A program made the position numbers and the translations under genes. Below are positions 22,926-33,575 of a stretch of 64,000 bases of DNA, piece by piece. Each line of letters begins with the position of its first letter. The stretch's first letter is position 1. The stretch lies in contig NC_079879.1 of the NCBI RefSeq assembly GCF_029227915.1, positions 12,068,720 through 12,132,719 on the forward strand, written 5' to 3'. The notes under the pieces were generated by a model that worked only from the letters and a program-made list of their open reading frames with translations, made no database searches and was not told where the DNA came from. Source of the DNA: Hydractinia symbiolongicarpus (lineage: Eukaryota).

Positions 22926-25789
22926 TTTCTACCTCCTCAGATCCTTGTGCAATGCAGTATATGACTGAATGAGTAGCTACAAATTGTGTTTACGATGTCT
23001 TCCCGAAATAGACAATTCAAGTAGTGAATGTCGACGCTTATCGAGGTTTTCGTCGGCTGTGGCATCGTCGACTATGAAGGGGCTTTCTTCGCCTGCTAGC
23101 AATGAGGACAGGTTTTAAATCTATTGAAAATGTTGGTCCTTGGGGTCTATCAGGAACACGTAGTCGTCGCGCCAGAGCGAGGCCCTTTCGAGATAGGTAC
23201 CGTTCCACCACAAGGTAGAACATAAAAATATGATATTGTGATAGTGGTGTCTGTATTAATTTTCTAGGAGGTTCATAACACGTTGTGTTTTACCACAAGA
23301 CGTCGGGCCTGTGAAAATTGCTGTGCACGGTTCCATCACAATGTCCAACATTTTTTTCTAATAATTCGACCACTTCTTGTCGTGAATTTTGGGGTATATT
23401 GCTGCACATGAAGAACATATTAACACACCACCGTCAGGACCTAGGATTTTTTTCAGGTTAGGCAAAATTTGACAGATTTTTTGGCAAATTAATATCAAGG
23501 CTTGTGGTGTTGTACAAGGTGAAGCGGCCGTTTTGTGTTTTTATTATAAAAGGAGCTAAAATCGTTCCAAAAGTGAGGTTTTTAGTTATTAAAAATTCTT
23601 CCTAGATTAGAAACGAAAGTGTCTTTATAGCCCAATAAATAAAAGTAACCTCCGTAGTTTAACACTGTTATCCTCGCTAAAACATGCGGATGGAAAACTC
23701 CGTTTGGTAAATTAGACTCGAAACAGGGTTAGCGTTGCCATAGTTCCTTTGAATGACATACCACACTGGTATCATCTAAGCATCTTTTTTACGTTTTATG
23801 CATTTAATACGAGTACAAGTAATCGCCAAGTTACAAATTTGGGGAGTTACTTTATTTCAAAATATGCAATAAGTCTAATAGCTAATAATACAACAAAAAA
23901 TTACATTACAAGACAATTTTAGGAATAGATAGTCAACAGCAATGCAACGTAGAATTATTGTTTGGAAAATTACAGCCTGTGTTAACAACCTGCAAATGCA
24001 AAAACAAAAGCATGTGTAAGATAGCAACGTATAATAAACGACTACAAAAAGTATATAGTAGTTACCCCTTTATGAAGTTAATATTTTTTAATATTAAGGT
24101 TACTGGTGTAGTTTCGCACCAATTTCTATTAAGCATTAATTTTATTGTTAAAAAATTTCCACAAAAGTTGAGTACTTTATTAAGCCAGAAAAGAGTTGGA
24201 ATCAAGAAAAATAACATCAAAACATTTAACATGTCTGCATATTATTTACCCTCACATGCCCCTGTCAACTATGTTTAAAAGTACTTCGAAATTTTTAAAA
24301 AAGTTTTAGTAACTAGGTCAATTTTGAAGATTCTCATATAAAAAGCAACATATATATATATATACAAATTCTACTCATATGCATAAGTTAACATGACATT
24401 TTCATTGGTTTGTAGCAGAACGTTCTTTAACATGCAATTCTTGTTTCGATCTGTATCATTTTACGTGAAAATCATTTCTATCAGTACAAGTTATTTTGAT
24501 ATCATACCCATCCATTTGATATATAAATATATATCCATTGTTTACAGTTTTCCAATATTATAAGGATTCATAATGAATCTCCTGTGTTCTTTAATTGATG
24601 GTGGTTTTAATTGTCAGAAGAATATTCAAAATGGCTGACATCAATATATCTTATCCTAAAACAAAATTATACATGTTGTATTACTCAACAAAAAAGAAGG
24701 AATATTACACAACAAGCTTGGACTATTCTTAGATTGGGTATTGTTTCATTCTTTTGTTTTTAACAATTATATCAGAATTGAAAGCAGCATGGGAAAGTTA
24801 AGGATTTTTAAAATGGGCAGTGGGATGTAGTATATATAATCTACTGTTTAAAAGTTCCAATTCCAAGTCACAATCCTCAGGGACACTCACAATCGAAACG
24901 CAAATTTGACGTTGGGACAAGGTGGAATCCTTTGCCTTTAGGCATATGTCATGCTGTAAACATTGATTTCTTAGAGAAGAAGGTATTTTGAACTTGTCGT
25001 CTACCTGCTTAACACGAGCACATATCCGAGTGCGTATGATTTCAGAGACTGACAACATTCAAATATTACCTATCTGTAGATTCCCAGGGAAAAGATATCT
25101 ACAGACTTATTTACATTTTTGCGTTTATGAAAGAGCTGTGCCATAGTTATTTTACAAGAATTATTTTTTTTCCACAGACACAAAGATACACAGTTGCATA
25201 AACGACTACACGAAGCCTGTGACCTTAAGACAATAAACAAAAAAACTAAAAAAATTCCAACCAATACACATGCAACTTAGTAATACTCTATGCCAAACAA
25301 TACATACACCTCCAAACATTTTTTGACTGCCATGACAGTGTTTACACAAATTGCCTCGGTTATCTCGTTTAGCATTGGGCTTTAATAAACAAACAATCGA
25401 TGTCAAGTTAAAAATTTTTGTTTTGATAAAAAAGAGATTTAAATCACACGTTTTATAAGAACATCTGGTGTTTCACCACGTTTAAGACTAGTTCTTGAAA
25501 CAAAAGTGTCTTAAATCCAGTAGCAGTAAAAACTAAAATATATGAAGTATAACTTACTTTAAAGCAATGAATTTATTGTCTCTTGCAGAGGCAGGGTGAA
25601 GGTTTGGTTTGGGACAACAACATGGCACACGTGATAAAAAAACTTTCCATTTCCAATCCTTTCAGTATCTGAAAGGGTTTCCAAATTCAAAACGTCTTCA
25701 TTAAAGTTATACAATTGCTTTGAAATTCTAGCCATTTGAACTTGACCTAGCTAAGCCATGTTGAAAAAGAAGCATCCACTTGTCGTCCG

Positions 25790-26194
25790 TAACCATACCC
25801 GTGGTAGTTTTAGGCGTATAAACTTAAAAACCCACGAACGTTTTAGGCGCTTTAACTTAAAAACCCACGGACGTTTTAGGCGTTTTTCCTTCCCATTTCA
25901 GAACTTCATTCATTGAAATTTGAAAACCCACGGACGTTTTAGGCGAATCGACATTTTTCCTAAGATTGCCCCGGGTTTGCTTTTTTTTAATAAAATATCA
26001 ATCATGAAAAAATCGATAAAACGCGGCATCGTCATGAAGTCGAAATCGGCGGATGCCTAAACCAATTTACAAAAATAATGCATTTTTTTATAGATTATTT
26101 TATCTAAATCTATAAAAAAAAATCTAGGCCACAAATTTATTTAGGCTGAGGCAATTGCCTAGGCCGCCTAACACTAGATCCGCCCCTGTCTACC
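25790..26194. mobile_element. Probable terminus of a DNA-transposon-like element with TTAGGC/CCTAGG-type subterminal motifs and tip CAGGGGCGGAT (rc). Same family as 47445-48040. Its insertion coincides with truncation of the arm-2 pPolB copy.
   Basis: rc(26160-26190)=GACAGGGGCGGATCTAGTGTTAGGCGGCCTAGGCAATTGCC versus 47995-48030 GCCTAATTAGGTCCAGGGGCGGATACAGG. Confidence 0.4.
25795..25975. repeat. ~4 tandem copies of a ~33-bp unit (AACTTAAAAACCCACGGACGTTTTAGGCG).
   Basis: Direct reading. Confidence 0.7.
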
Positions 26195-28717
26195 GGGACG
26201 AGTAGGCTCTCAACTCGTGGTACCTACAAAATACGATCGCGGGGCCACCGACCATCCCCGTTTGGAACAACTCGTAGGCCTCATTCTTTATACATCTTTT
26301 ACATGTTTTCTGCACTTCTTTGCATTCCTTGCATTTGCTGTTGTAGCAGTCTTTTTTACACTTGTGCTTGCATGGTTCTCCTGGAGCGTATAGCTGCAAC
26401 TTTGGATTCAGTCGTAGAGACTTGTTCAGGACGTGGCGCATCGACACACTTGGAATGCTTACTGCGTCCTTCAAAATGTCTATTTATTCATCGTAATACT
26501 ACTGCCTCGTCTTGTCTGCGGCTTCAATGAATGGCTCCACGTCGACTAGATTTTACACGCGACCAATCCATCATGGTGACGCAGCCTCGCTTGTAAGACT
26601 CTGCGCGGAATGTTTCGTACTCTTCAGGAGATAGCGTGTTTTTCCCACTAAGACTACTGTAGAAGTTTTCGTGCGCGACAGGTCCAACTTGGCTCAACTT
26701 GTCGTAGTTTGTTAAGCACTCGTACGGAAACACGAGCTTTTTGAGTTTACATTCCAGAGACTTGCATCATCTGTCATAGCTCATAACAGGAGCGAGAAAA
26801 TTCTTGATATCGAGAAATTTAAACCTCAAGGTTATCGCTATAGTCTTTCGCAATTTTCTCCACAAAGTACCACTTGATCATATTGATGTCATACTTGCCA
26901 TTGTTAAAAACAATTACAGCAACCTAGTTTACCCACTCGTTCCACGCATCCTAGATCTTTTTGGAAAGCATGTTGCAATCGTCAGGCTTTGGGTACATTC
27001 TCTTCACTTCTTCCACGATGAGGGTATGCCTCCTTTCCAACTGCTCCACGAATTGTTTAACCAAAATTTTCGGTCCTCGTGCTCGATGAACGTTGGATCT
27101 CCATTAAGTCTATCGTGAATGGCGACACTTACCGGTGTACTTCTTGGTTTTGGGAAGATTGTCACATTCTCAGGCTGTGATGAAGTTGTATCCCTGTTCC
27201 CTTATTATATTTTCCTTCTTCAACAGGGCAATCCATGCCAGTACCACCCGTAGTACTCGTAAACGGTCTTCGTGATAGGCTCATAACCGTCAACTTTCCA
27301 CACCTTTCCTTTGTCAACACGTATAACACGTTCACCACAATGACCACATAAAGCATGTTGAATATGTCTCCAAGTCTTCTTGGACATGTATTTAATCCAT
27401 TGAGATGCAGCGTAGCTGAAGTTTTCACCGTAAAAGACCTCCTCCGACTTGCTCGGCACACTTTCTCCCTTTTGCAAATGATTGTTGTCTTGACCCCTTC
27501 GCATTCATTTTTCTTATGCCGCGATAGGTGGTCAGCTTTTTTAAAAACTTGAATGCATACCCCACATTCCCATTTCTGTTGCGCCAGTACGTCTAAATCC
27601 TTGATGTAGAAGCAATGTCCACCCAGCATACCAAGGTTGATTGTGTCTAAACCTTTTTTGTATTGATTCTGGCCGTAGATGAGTCTCCATGGTACCTTTT
27701 CAGAGTTTTTCTTGGGCTCAAAGACTCTGATGTTGATACTGAAAAGCTTCGCTATATCCTAGAAATCTATAACCTTCGTAGAACGTACGTCTTTACGCTT
27801 CAGTTTAGGGTTCTCATAGTACTTGCGAGCTAGTTTGAGGGATTTTTGTGTGTATGCTTCTCGCGCTGCTTTCTCTCTACACGATAGTTTATGGCAAGAC
27901 ATCGCCAAACTCACCAATTTTGCAGTTCTTTCATTTTCCTTATGTAAGCTGTAGATGCATCTCTTTCTTAGCAGGCAATGTAGAAGAGGGTCGCATCCCA
28001 AAAGAGGCTTACGCTTGCTTATAAACTGCACATGATCGAAGACGATTTTTCCTTAATATGCTCTTGGGTTCTCGGTGGTTCTAACTGGCGGTAAATATAC
28101 TTTACTCCAAAACTCACCATCCTGAAGACGCATCATTTCACATTCTTCTAAGAGTACTTCGATTTCTGCGATGCTTGATACCGACCTGGAATTCTTACTT
28201 TTGTGATACGGAGTTACACCACCTCCACCTTTGTGAATATCACAGCTGAAGCTGTAAATAACATTTACTCGCATGTCTATGTATGGTGCAATTTTTCGCA
28301 TGATCGCATCCGTTAGTTGTTGGTTCAGATTCTTGTTGATTTTCTAAGTTCTAACTCTATTTCCATCTTATAACAATTTTATATCCTTATCGTCAAAAAT
28401 ATGCTGAATGTCTTGGATTCCTTCTAGGGCCGTGGCCTGCTTCTTCTATCTAGGGAACATGTGTTTGAGGTCTTCAATCCACTGATATTCGTCTTGTATG
28501 TCCTCCGTATCGTAGTAGTCTTGCTGTGCTTCCTGTTCGACATAATCCTGAAGCGTTGTCCCTCTTAAAATTTGTTCTTTTACCGTATTATAATAAAGAG
28601 TAACAGCATCTCGCACGTCCTTTAATCGAGCGGCAAGAGGGTCGCGAGTTCCTGCTACCGGCGCTGATGCAGTGCTATTACAGCATTGCATCAGATCGCA
28701 TTCTTGAACCAACTCAT
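26195..28717 (-). pseudogene. pPolB 5' half, arm-2 copy: N-terminus, exonuclease region, C2HC-like zinc finger, up to the pre-motif-A segment EAYELFQTGMVGGPAIVFCRYHE. Frameshifted.
   Basis: ORFs 28446-28712, 28053-28301, 27759-28031, 27162-27629, 26524-26733, 26190-26474. Last 80-100 bp overlap-homologous to 34770-34870. Confidence 0.6.
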
Positions 28718-28754
28718 TTCTCTTTACTATAAGTACATCCCAAACTCGAACCCA

Positions 28755-28968
28755 GCAGTCAAAATTTGAGTAGGGAATTCCCCCTTTCTACTAAAGTTGA
28801 GCATGATGACATGCATGAGTGAAAAAGGTTAGTGTATTACTCATTCGAGGTATGATTCATCTGTGACGTCATAGTCTCTTAGAGAGGTAGCTGGGTAAGG
28901 ATTCTGAAGTGGGAGTTGGGCCGTTGAATAGTGTCACTGTACACATCATGAACCCCTACTATTACTCC
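28755..28968 (-). repeat. Variant terminal repeat T' (arm-2 copy).
   Basis: Mirror of 20886-21100. TTGAGTAGGG at 28766-28775, TGACGTCA at ~28868. Confidence 0.6.
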
Positions 28969-29121
28969 GTGTGACACCACAGATTCACATAAAAGTATTT
29001 CTTTTTGCGAAATTTGCCCGACTCCCAACCGAATCAAAAAATTTTGAAAATGACGATTACCGTAGAAGTGATACATACTTTAAACTCAGAGACCTAGAAT
29101 TAGTTTGAATTTTTTTAACTG

Positions 29122-29345
29122 TAGTAGTAGTAGCACTAGGGAGTCAACATAATTACCTTAGCGCTCCTTCGACAATTTCACCCGGTCAAACCCCACATCA
29201 AAAACGCTCCCTCAACACCCCCTCAAAAATCTGTGACGTCATCAACACACCACATCACCCCCCCCGCTCACGCGCACGCGCATTCACCAAAACTAATGAC
29301 GTCATCGATATGCTGACATTGCAAAAGTGTAATTGAGTAGGGGAA
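29122..29345 (-). repeat. Terminal inverted repeat T2.
   Basis: Reverse complement of T1 (~90% identity). (TAG)4 tip at 29122. TTGAGTAGGG at 29333-29342. Confidence 0.8.
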
Positions 29346-29427
29346 AGTCCCTTCTAAAAGGTCTGACCACATCGTTGAGGAAGTGCCTACGATAGAGATG
29401 AGATAGAGGCAAGAAAGGTGGAAAAAT

Positions 29428-29883
29428 TTGGTTAAAAAGGATCTCCCACTGATCAGGTATGTGCCAGATCAATTCAAGACGCAAGACATGTGCAACAAGG
29501 TTGTTAGAAGGAATCCCTACCTATTCAAGTATGTCCCCGACACGTTAAAGACACGAGACATATGCAGCGAGACTGTTGAGGAGTATCTTAGGATGCTCAG
29601 GCACGTGCCAGATCAATTCAAGACTCAAGACATGTGTAACAGGGCTGTTGAAAAGTATCCCCGCATGTTGAAGTACGTGCCGGACTGGTTCAAGACGCGA
29701 GACATGTGCCTCAGGGTTTCTGAGGATGAGCCTGAACTACTCTCTGCCTATCACCAGAGGAAGGCTGAAAAGGCTAGGATTAAGGAGGAGCTGCTTCCGA
29801 TGGCCTGGCATCCTGACAGGGTCGTGGACTGCTGCTTCTCAGAAGATGAAAAGGCAGACCTTGAACTCTTGTGGAGTAAATAA
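29428..29883 (+). CDS. Repeat protein (YVPDQFKTQDMC ~23-aa repeats, DUF4116-like). Ancestral ATG start at ~29398 carries a nonsense at codon 3 in this copy.
   Basis: Homolog of 18672-19253 (-). Tandem intragenic repeats. Confidence 0.5.
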   Translation: MVKKDLPLIRYVPDQFKTQDMCNKVVRRNPYLFKYVPDTLKTRDICSETVEEYLRMLRHVPDQFKTQDMCNRAVEKYPRMLKYVPDWFKTRDMCLRVSEDEPELLSAYHQRKAEKARIKEELLPMAWHPDRVVDCCFSEDEKADLELLWSK

Positions 29884-30332
29884 ACGATGAAGGAACACTG
29901 CGATGAATGTGAACGCGTGCTCGACGGGTACGACAGGTGCGATTGTGGACGGAGGTTCTTGAGAAGACCTAGGCTGCTCTGCCGGTCCTGCTACTAGGAG
30001 TGCATCACGTACAATGGTGGTAGCTGCTATTGCGCAACGACATAGAAGAGCCTGGTTGAGGTTTTGTCTCCACAATAAAGAGGATGTTGATGAAATTTGG
30101 AGACAAAACTGTTAAGTAACTGTTACACCAACTCATAACCGCTAAACATCAAAGAGGTGAACATTGAAAACCTTATATTGAGCAACCGTATTGCAGCCAA
30201 CAAGGCGAAGGATCAACGCTTTGTCATAGGGTATCAGGACCAAGACGCACCATAGCACCACTACTGCTCAAAAGCCCTGAAAAGATCCACTCGAAGGGTG
30301 TCTCGTGCTTCAGCGAAGGCTCCGCGCTAACT

Positions 30333-30653
30333 ATGTCATTCGATCTGGCCAGCTATCCTGAGCGGCTAAATCAATACGAGAAAATCCTAATCAAGGTGGA
30401 ATACTTGGAAGGGTATCACTTAACCAACGGCGGTGTGAAAAAAGTCAGAACCAACTTCCATAAGAAAAAGATACAACAGAAAAGTTGTGAGTGTAAGGCC
30501 ATCATCAAACTAGCGAGCATCTACAGGCAAGGTTCAAACTACTACCTGCAGACCTACCTGGAAGAGTGTAAATACAAAGAGGTTGAAAGATACAGCGCTT
30601 GTTACTTTAGTAACTCTGATGACGATACGATCGACAGCTTCAATGTATTGTAA
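30333..30653 (+). CDS. Hypothetical 106-aa protein.
   Basis: Conserved with the C-terminal part of arm-1 ORF 18672-19253 (MSFDLASYPE...). Confidence 0.4.
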   Translation: MSFDLASYPERLNQYEKILIKVEYLEGYHLTNGGVKKVRTNFHKKKIQQKSCECKAIIKLASIYRQGSNYYLQTYLEECKYKEVERYSACYFSNSDDDTIDSFNVL

Positions 30654-30676
30654 GGGCTTTTCAAGGCTTTCTATGG

Positions 30677-30976
30677 TTGTCTTCAACCATAGAAACAAAC
30701 ATGAAGGTTGACGAACCGAGAAAAGAAGAGAGAGAACTGAAGATTCCTCGTTACTCAACGATGAATAAGGCCCTTCTTCTCGAGGCGATCCACAAGGCCT
30801 GGCACAAGGATGCCTCAGCACAGACAGACGGTCCCTATTGTGAACCCTGTACCAAAATTGCGTGGCAGAAAAATCTTGAGCAATACTCGAGAGAGCTCGC
30901 TGAAAAGCAGCGACGTGTCGTATATGATGGTTGCCTTATCATCGATCAAGACACTGGAGAAGTACTCGATATCTAG
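30677..30976 (+). CDS. Hypothetical 99-aa protein.
   Basis: Conserved with 18206-18508 (-). Confidence 0.5.
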   Translation: MSSTIETNMKVDEPRKEERELKIPRYSTMNKALLLEAIHKAWHKDASAQTDGPYCEPCTKIAWQKNLEQYSRELAEKQRRVVYDGCLIIDQDTGEVLDI

Positions 30977-31649
30977 TAGGCAGGTGATCTAGTGTGTTGT
31001 TCAACACACTAGGCTCGAGAGATCTATGAAAAGGCAGGCAGATTGAAGTTTTTTCAGTAGTTCATCTTTGGCCTACTCTCGACCCTCCGCAACAAGCTGC
31101 AGACGTTCTCGTTCATTGATCAAGTACACGACCCGCTTGACACGTTGTCTGATATACTCCTTTAGCATCATGTATTTTTGCTTTTCCTACATGATCAGGC
31201 TGAACTCGAAATCGCTGATGACACCGTTCTGCACAGCCCTGCTGATCAGGTCGATGACTGAGTTGAGCTTAGTCTCTGCCAGTAGTCTTATCCCCTCGTG
31301 TTTCTTGGATTTTGCACCCAGTATCTTCCCAGCGTTCCGCAGACCCGCTCGCCCAATTCCCACGGCAATGGTTATACCTGCCACGGCTATGTACAGTGGG
31401 GCACCGAACCCTGAGGCTAGCGCTCCTATTCCGACACCTCAGGTGATAATGCTGATACTCAACAACCCATGATCACAAAAACGCACCCACGTGCTTTTTA
31501 GCGAGCTTGCCACGCTCTTTAATCTCACCCCGCATGTACTGCTCTACTTTCTCGATTTTCTTGAGTTTGTAGACCTGTGAACTGTCCTTCTACGTGTATT
31601 CCGCAGGTGCACTTGGTAAATTAGCGTAAAGCTTCATAACATCAGTCAT

Positions 31650-32048
31650 TTATTGTATCAGTAGGTGCATCGTAATTCCCATGAACGAAACGTTCTTATC
31701 ATGGTGATACTCGTCTGTCAACATAAATTCAAGGCGATCCGTCGAGCCCTTCAGGTGAAGGTAAACAGGGTTGTCAAATCTCCACGTCAACATATCTCTC
31801 CAAGCGCTTAACTCTTTTACTGGAAACAGGGCCAGCATCTTAGATTTCCTACCATCCAGTAGGCATCTTTCCTCATCGAGCTGTGGCCAAACGAGTCTCA
31901 GTCGCTGGTCCACGTCAGTCTTGTACCAGCTGTCATAGTCGCCCTCGGTAAAGTGATTTGCCTTCCGGTCGAAGGTTATCCCCATGAGCTCCTGCAGTGG
32001 TTTGTGAATCATGATGATGTATCCCTGCCGTATATATAGCAAAATCAC
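31650..32048 (-). CDS. Hypothetical 132-aa protein.
   Basis: Partially conserved at 17430-17666 (+). The antisense ORF 17289-17714 is intact only in arm 1, so strand assignment is uncertain. Confidence 0.35.
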   Translation of the reverse strand: MILLYIRQGYIIMIHKPLQELMGITFDRKANHFTEGDYDSWYKTDVDQRLRLVWPQLDEERCLLDGRKSKMLALFPVKELSAWRDMLTWRFDNPVYLHLKGSTDRLEFMLTDEYHHDKNVSFMGITMHLLIQ

Positions 32049-32169
32049 CGTTTGCGTATAGGTTCAACCACGTAGGTCAAATGGACTTCAGAGCTATCCT
32101 GTTTCTTAAAGAAAAGATGAGCATTTACTCGTACAACCCGAAGGCAAAGTACGCACCCAATCACGCGAG

Positions 32170-32661
32170 ATGCAGGACATCGTTATTGACGCGCAGGGGT
32201 CCTCGTTCATGGTGAAATTTCCAGACATCTCTGTCGACTATGAATTCCACTCAGGCACAGCAGTGAAGGAGTGGCAGAGTCACCCTTTCAGTCTCTGGTC
32301 TACTCAGCTTAACTTCGCTACCTACTGCGCAACATTCGCTTGTGGCATTTCCATGCATCATCTGACCGCCTCTTTGCGTCTAGTTCGTGCCGTCTACCGC
32401 TTCCACGTCTACATCCAGATCCGCAAAATTCTATCAGAGCTTGACATCTCTCTACCAGGCTCCGACAGATTTCGACGTCTCAACAACCCCTTCAACAAGC
32501 AGAAGTTCAGGCAACTAGCTCGTAAATTTGGGGTAAGCGACAGCGAGCAGGAGTGGAGGAACGAGGCCCTCTTCAGTAGCTGGCAACTTCATCACACGGA
32601 CTATCCTGGTTCAGGTCCTACCTATCTTGACGAGGACTCGTGGAGTGGCTGGATCATTTAA
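32170..32661 (+). CDS. Hypothetical protein. N-terminus frameshifted in this copy; true start ~32117 MSIYSYNPKAKYAP.
   Basis: Homolog of 16971-17285 (-). Confidence 0.45.
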   Translation: MQDIVIDAQGSSFMVKFPDISVDYEFHSGTAVKEWQSHPFSLWSTQLNFATYCATFACGISMHHLTASLRLVRAVYRFHVYIQIRKILSELDISLPGSDRFRRLNNPFNKQKFRQLARKFGVSDSEQEWRNEALFSSWQLHHTDYPGSGPTYLDEDSWSGWII

Positions 32662-32709
32662 AAATCTCAGGGTCTCACTCATACTGGCATAGAGAGCCTG
32701 TCGCAAAGC

Positions 32710-33249
32710 GTGAGTCAGGCGAACGCGAGATCTGGCATCCTCGGCAACCAAGGCAGTGCAATTGATGCTCAACGCCTGTACCTGACGAACTTTGAGGAGA
32801 TGATAATTAGACATAGCGATACAAGCAAAGAGATCGGCGAGTTCCAAAACGTGCTGAAGTATGCACGGTCCAAGGTCGATTTCTTGGTTGCTCATGGTGT
32901 CTATATGATTCCCAGTGATATGAGCCTTCACATCGGAAATGTTGTGAATTTCATGAACAAAGTTCTCATCAGCAATCAGTATTTCTCTATCAGTGTTAAC
33001 CCGCAGATTAACCCTAGCACATGTAGTAGCACACGCAGTAGCGAGTCGACTAAACATCAAGCACCAATGCAAGAAAAGGGGGTAGCCGACGAGGGTGGAG
33101 TGCGATTGCCGCACCCCCTTCGTAAAGCCCAAAAGCATGATTATCACCTTGCCCGTCAGGACGGGCAAGGTGATGCAGCTCAGCCTGATGACAGCAAAGC
33201 AGCCTTGATGACAGCAGGAGTAGGGCTAATCCTCGCCTCATTTGCCTGA
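32710..33249 (+). CDS. Hypothetical 179-aa protein with a C-terminal hydrophobic helix. Overlaps an antisense 185-aa ORF (32611-33168), and only one of the two is likely real.
   Basis: ORF length and composition only. Confidence 0.3.
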   Translation: MSQANARSGILGNQGSAIDAQRLYLTNFEEMIIRHSDTSKEIGEFQNVLKYARSKVDFLVAHGVYMIPSDMSLHIGNVVNFMNKVLISNQYFSISVNPQINPSTCSSTRSSESTKHQAPMQEKGVADEGGVRLPHPLRKAQKHDYHLARQDGQGDAAQPDDSKAALMTAGVGLILASFA

Positions 33250-33304
33250 AGGGACCTGCGACTTAGTCTAGTGTGTTTTGTCAACATACTAGAGTCTTCG
33301 CGCT

Positions 33305-33541
33305 TCACGATCTACGAGTCTTTCCTCTCCCCCCGACGTACGTCACAACAACAGCAACGACAGCAGCTACCGCGATGTACAAGTGGTTCGCCGCGTATTC
33401 GACCGCTTCTGCCGGTGTGTCGACTTCGTCGTATATCTCTGCAATGTCTCGAACCATGTTTATTAGACGTCGGTAGCGAAAGAAGAAGAGCATGATCAAG
33501 ACGTATGGCAGTAACACGGGGATTAATATGAGTATCTCCAT
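33305..33541 (-). CDS. Small 78-aa protein with an N-terminal TM helix (MEILILIPVLLPYVLIMLFFF).
   Basis: ORF plus hydrophobic N-terminus. Confidence 0.3.
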   Translation of the reverse strand: MEILILIPVLLPYVLIMLFFFRYRRLINMVRDIAEIYDEVDTPAEAVEYAANHLYIAVAAVVAVVVTYVGGRGKTRRS

Positions 33542-33575
33542 TTATTGGAGCCCTCTGCGTAAAGGTATAGCCGCA

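Noticed and set aside
16868-32505. The large palindrome as an assembly artefact (fold-back chimera)
   Set aside because: The arms differ by ~5-7% with many independent indels, and the inner and outer boundaries are asymmetric (22925 vs 26575; 16868 vs 32505). A chimeric duplicate of one locus would be identical. Read-level confirmation is still advised.
32611-33168. 185-aa minus-strand ORF overlapping the 179-aa plus-strand ORF 32710-33249
   Set aside because: Two long antisense-overlapping ORFs cannot both be genuine. No evidence discriminates between them. Only the plus one is listed, at low confidence, because it continues the direction of the upstream gene and ends in a TM-like helix.
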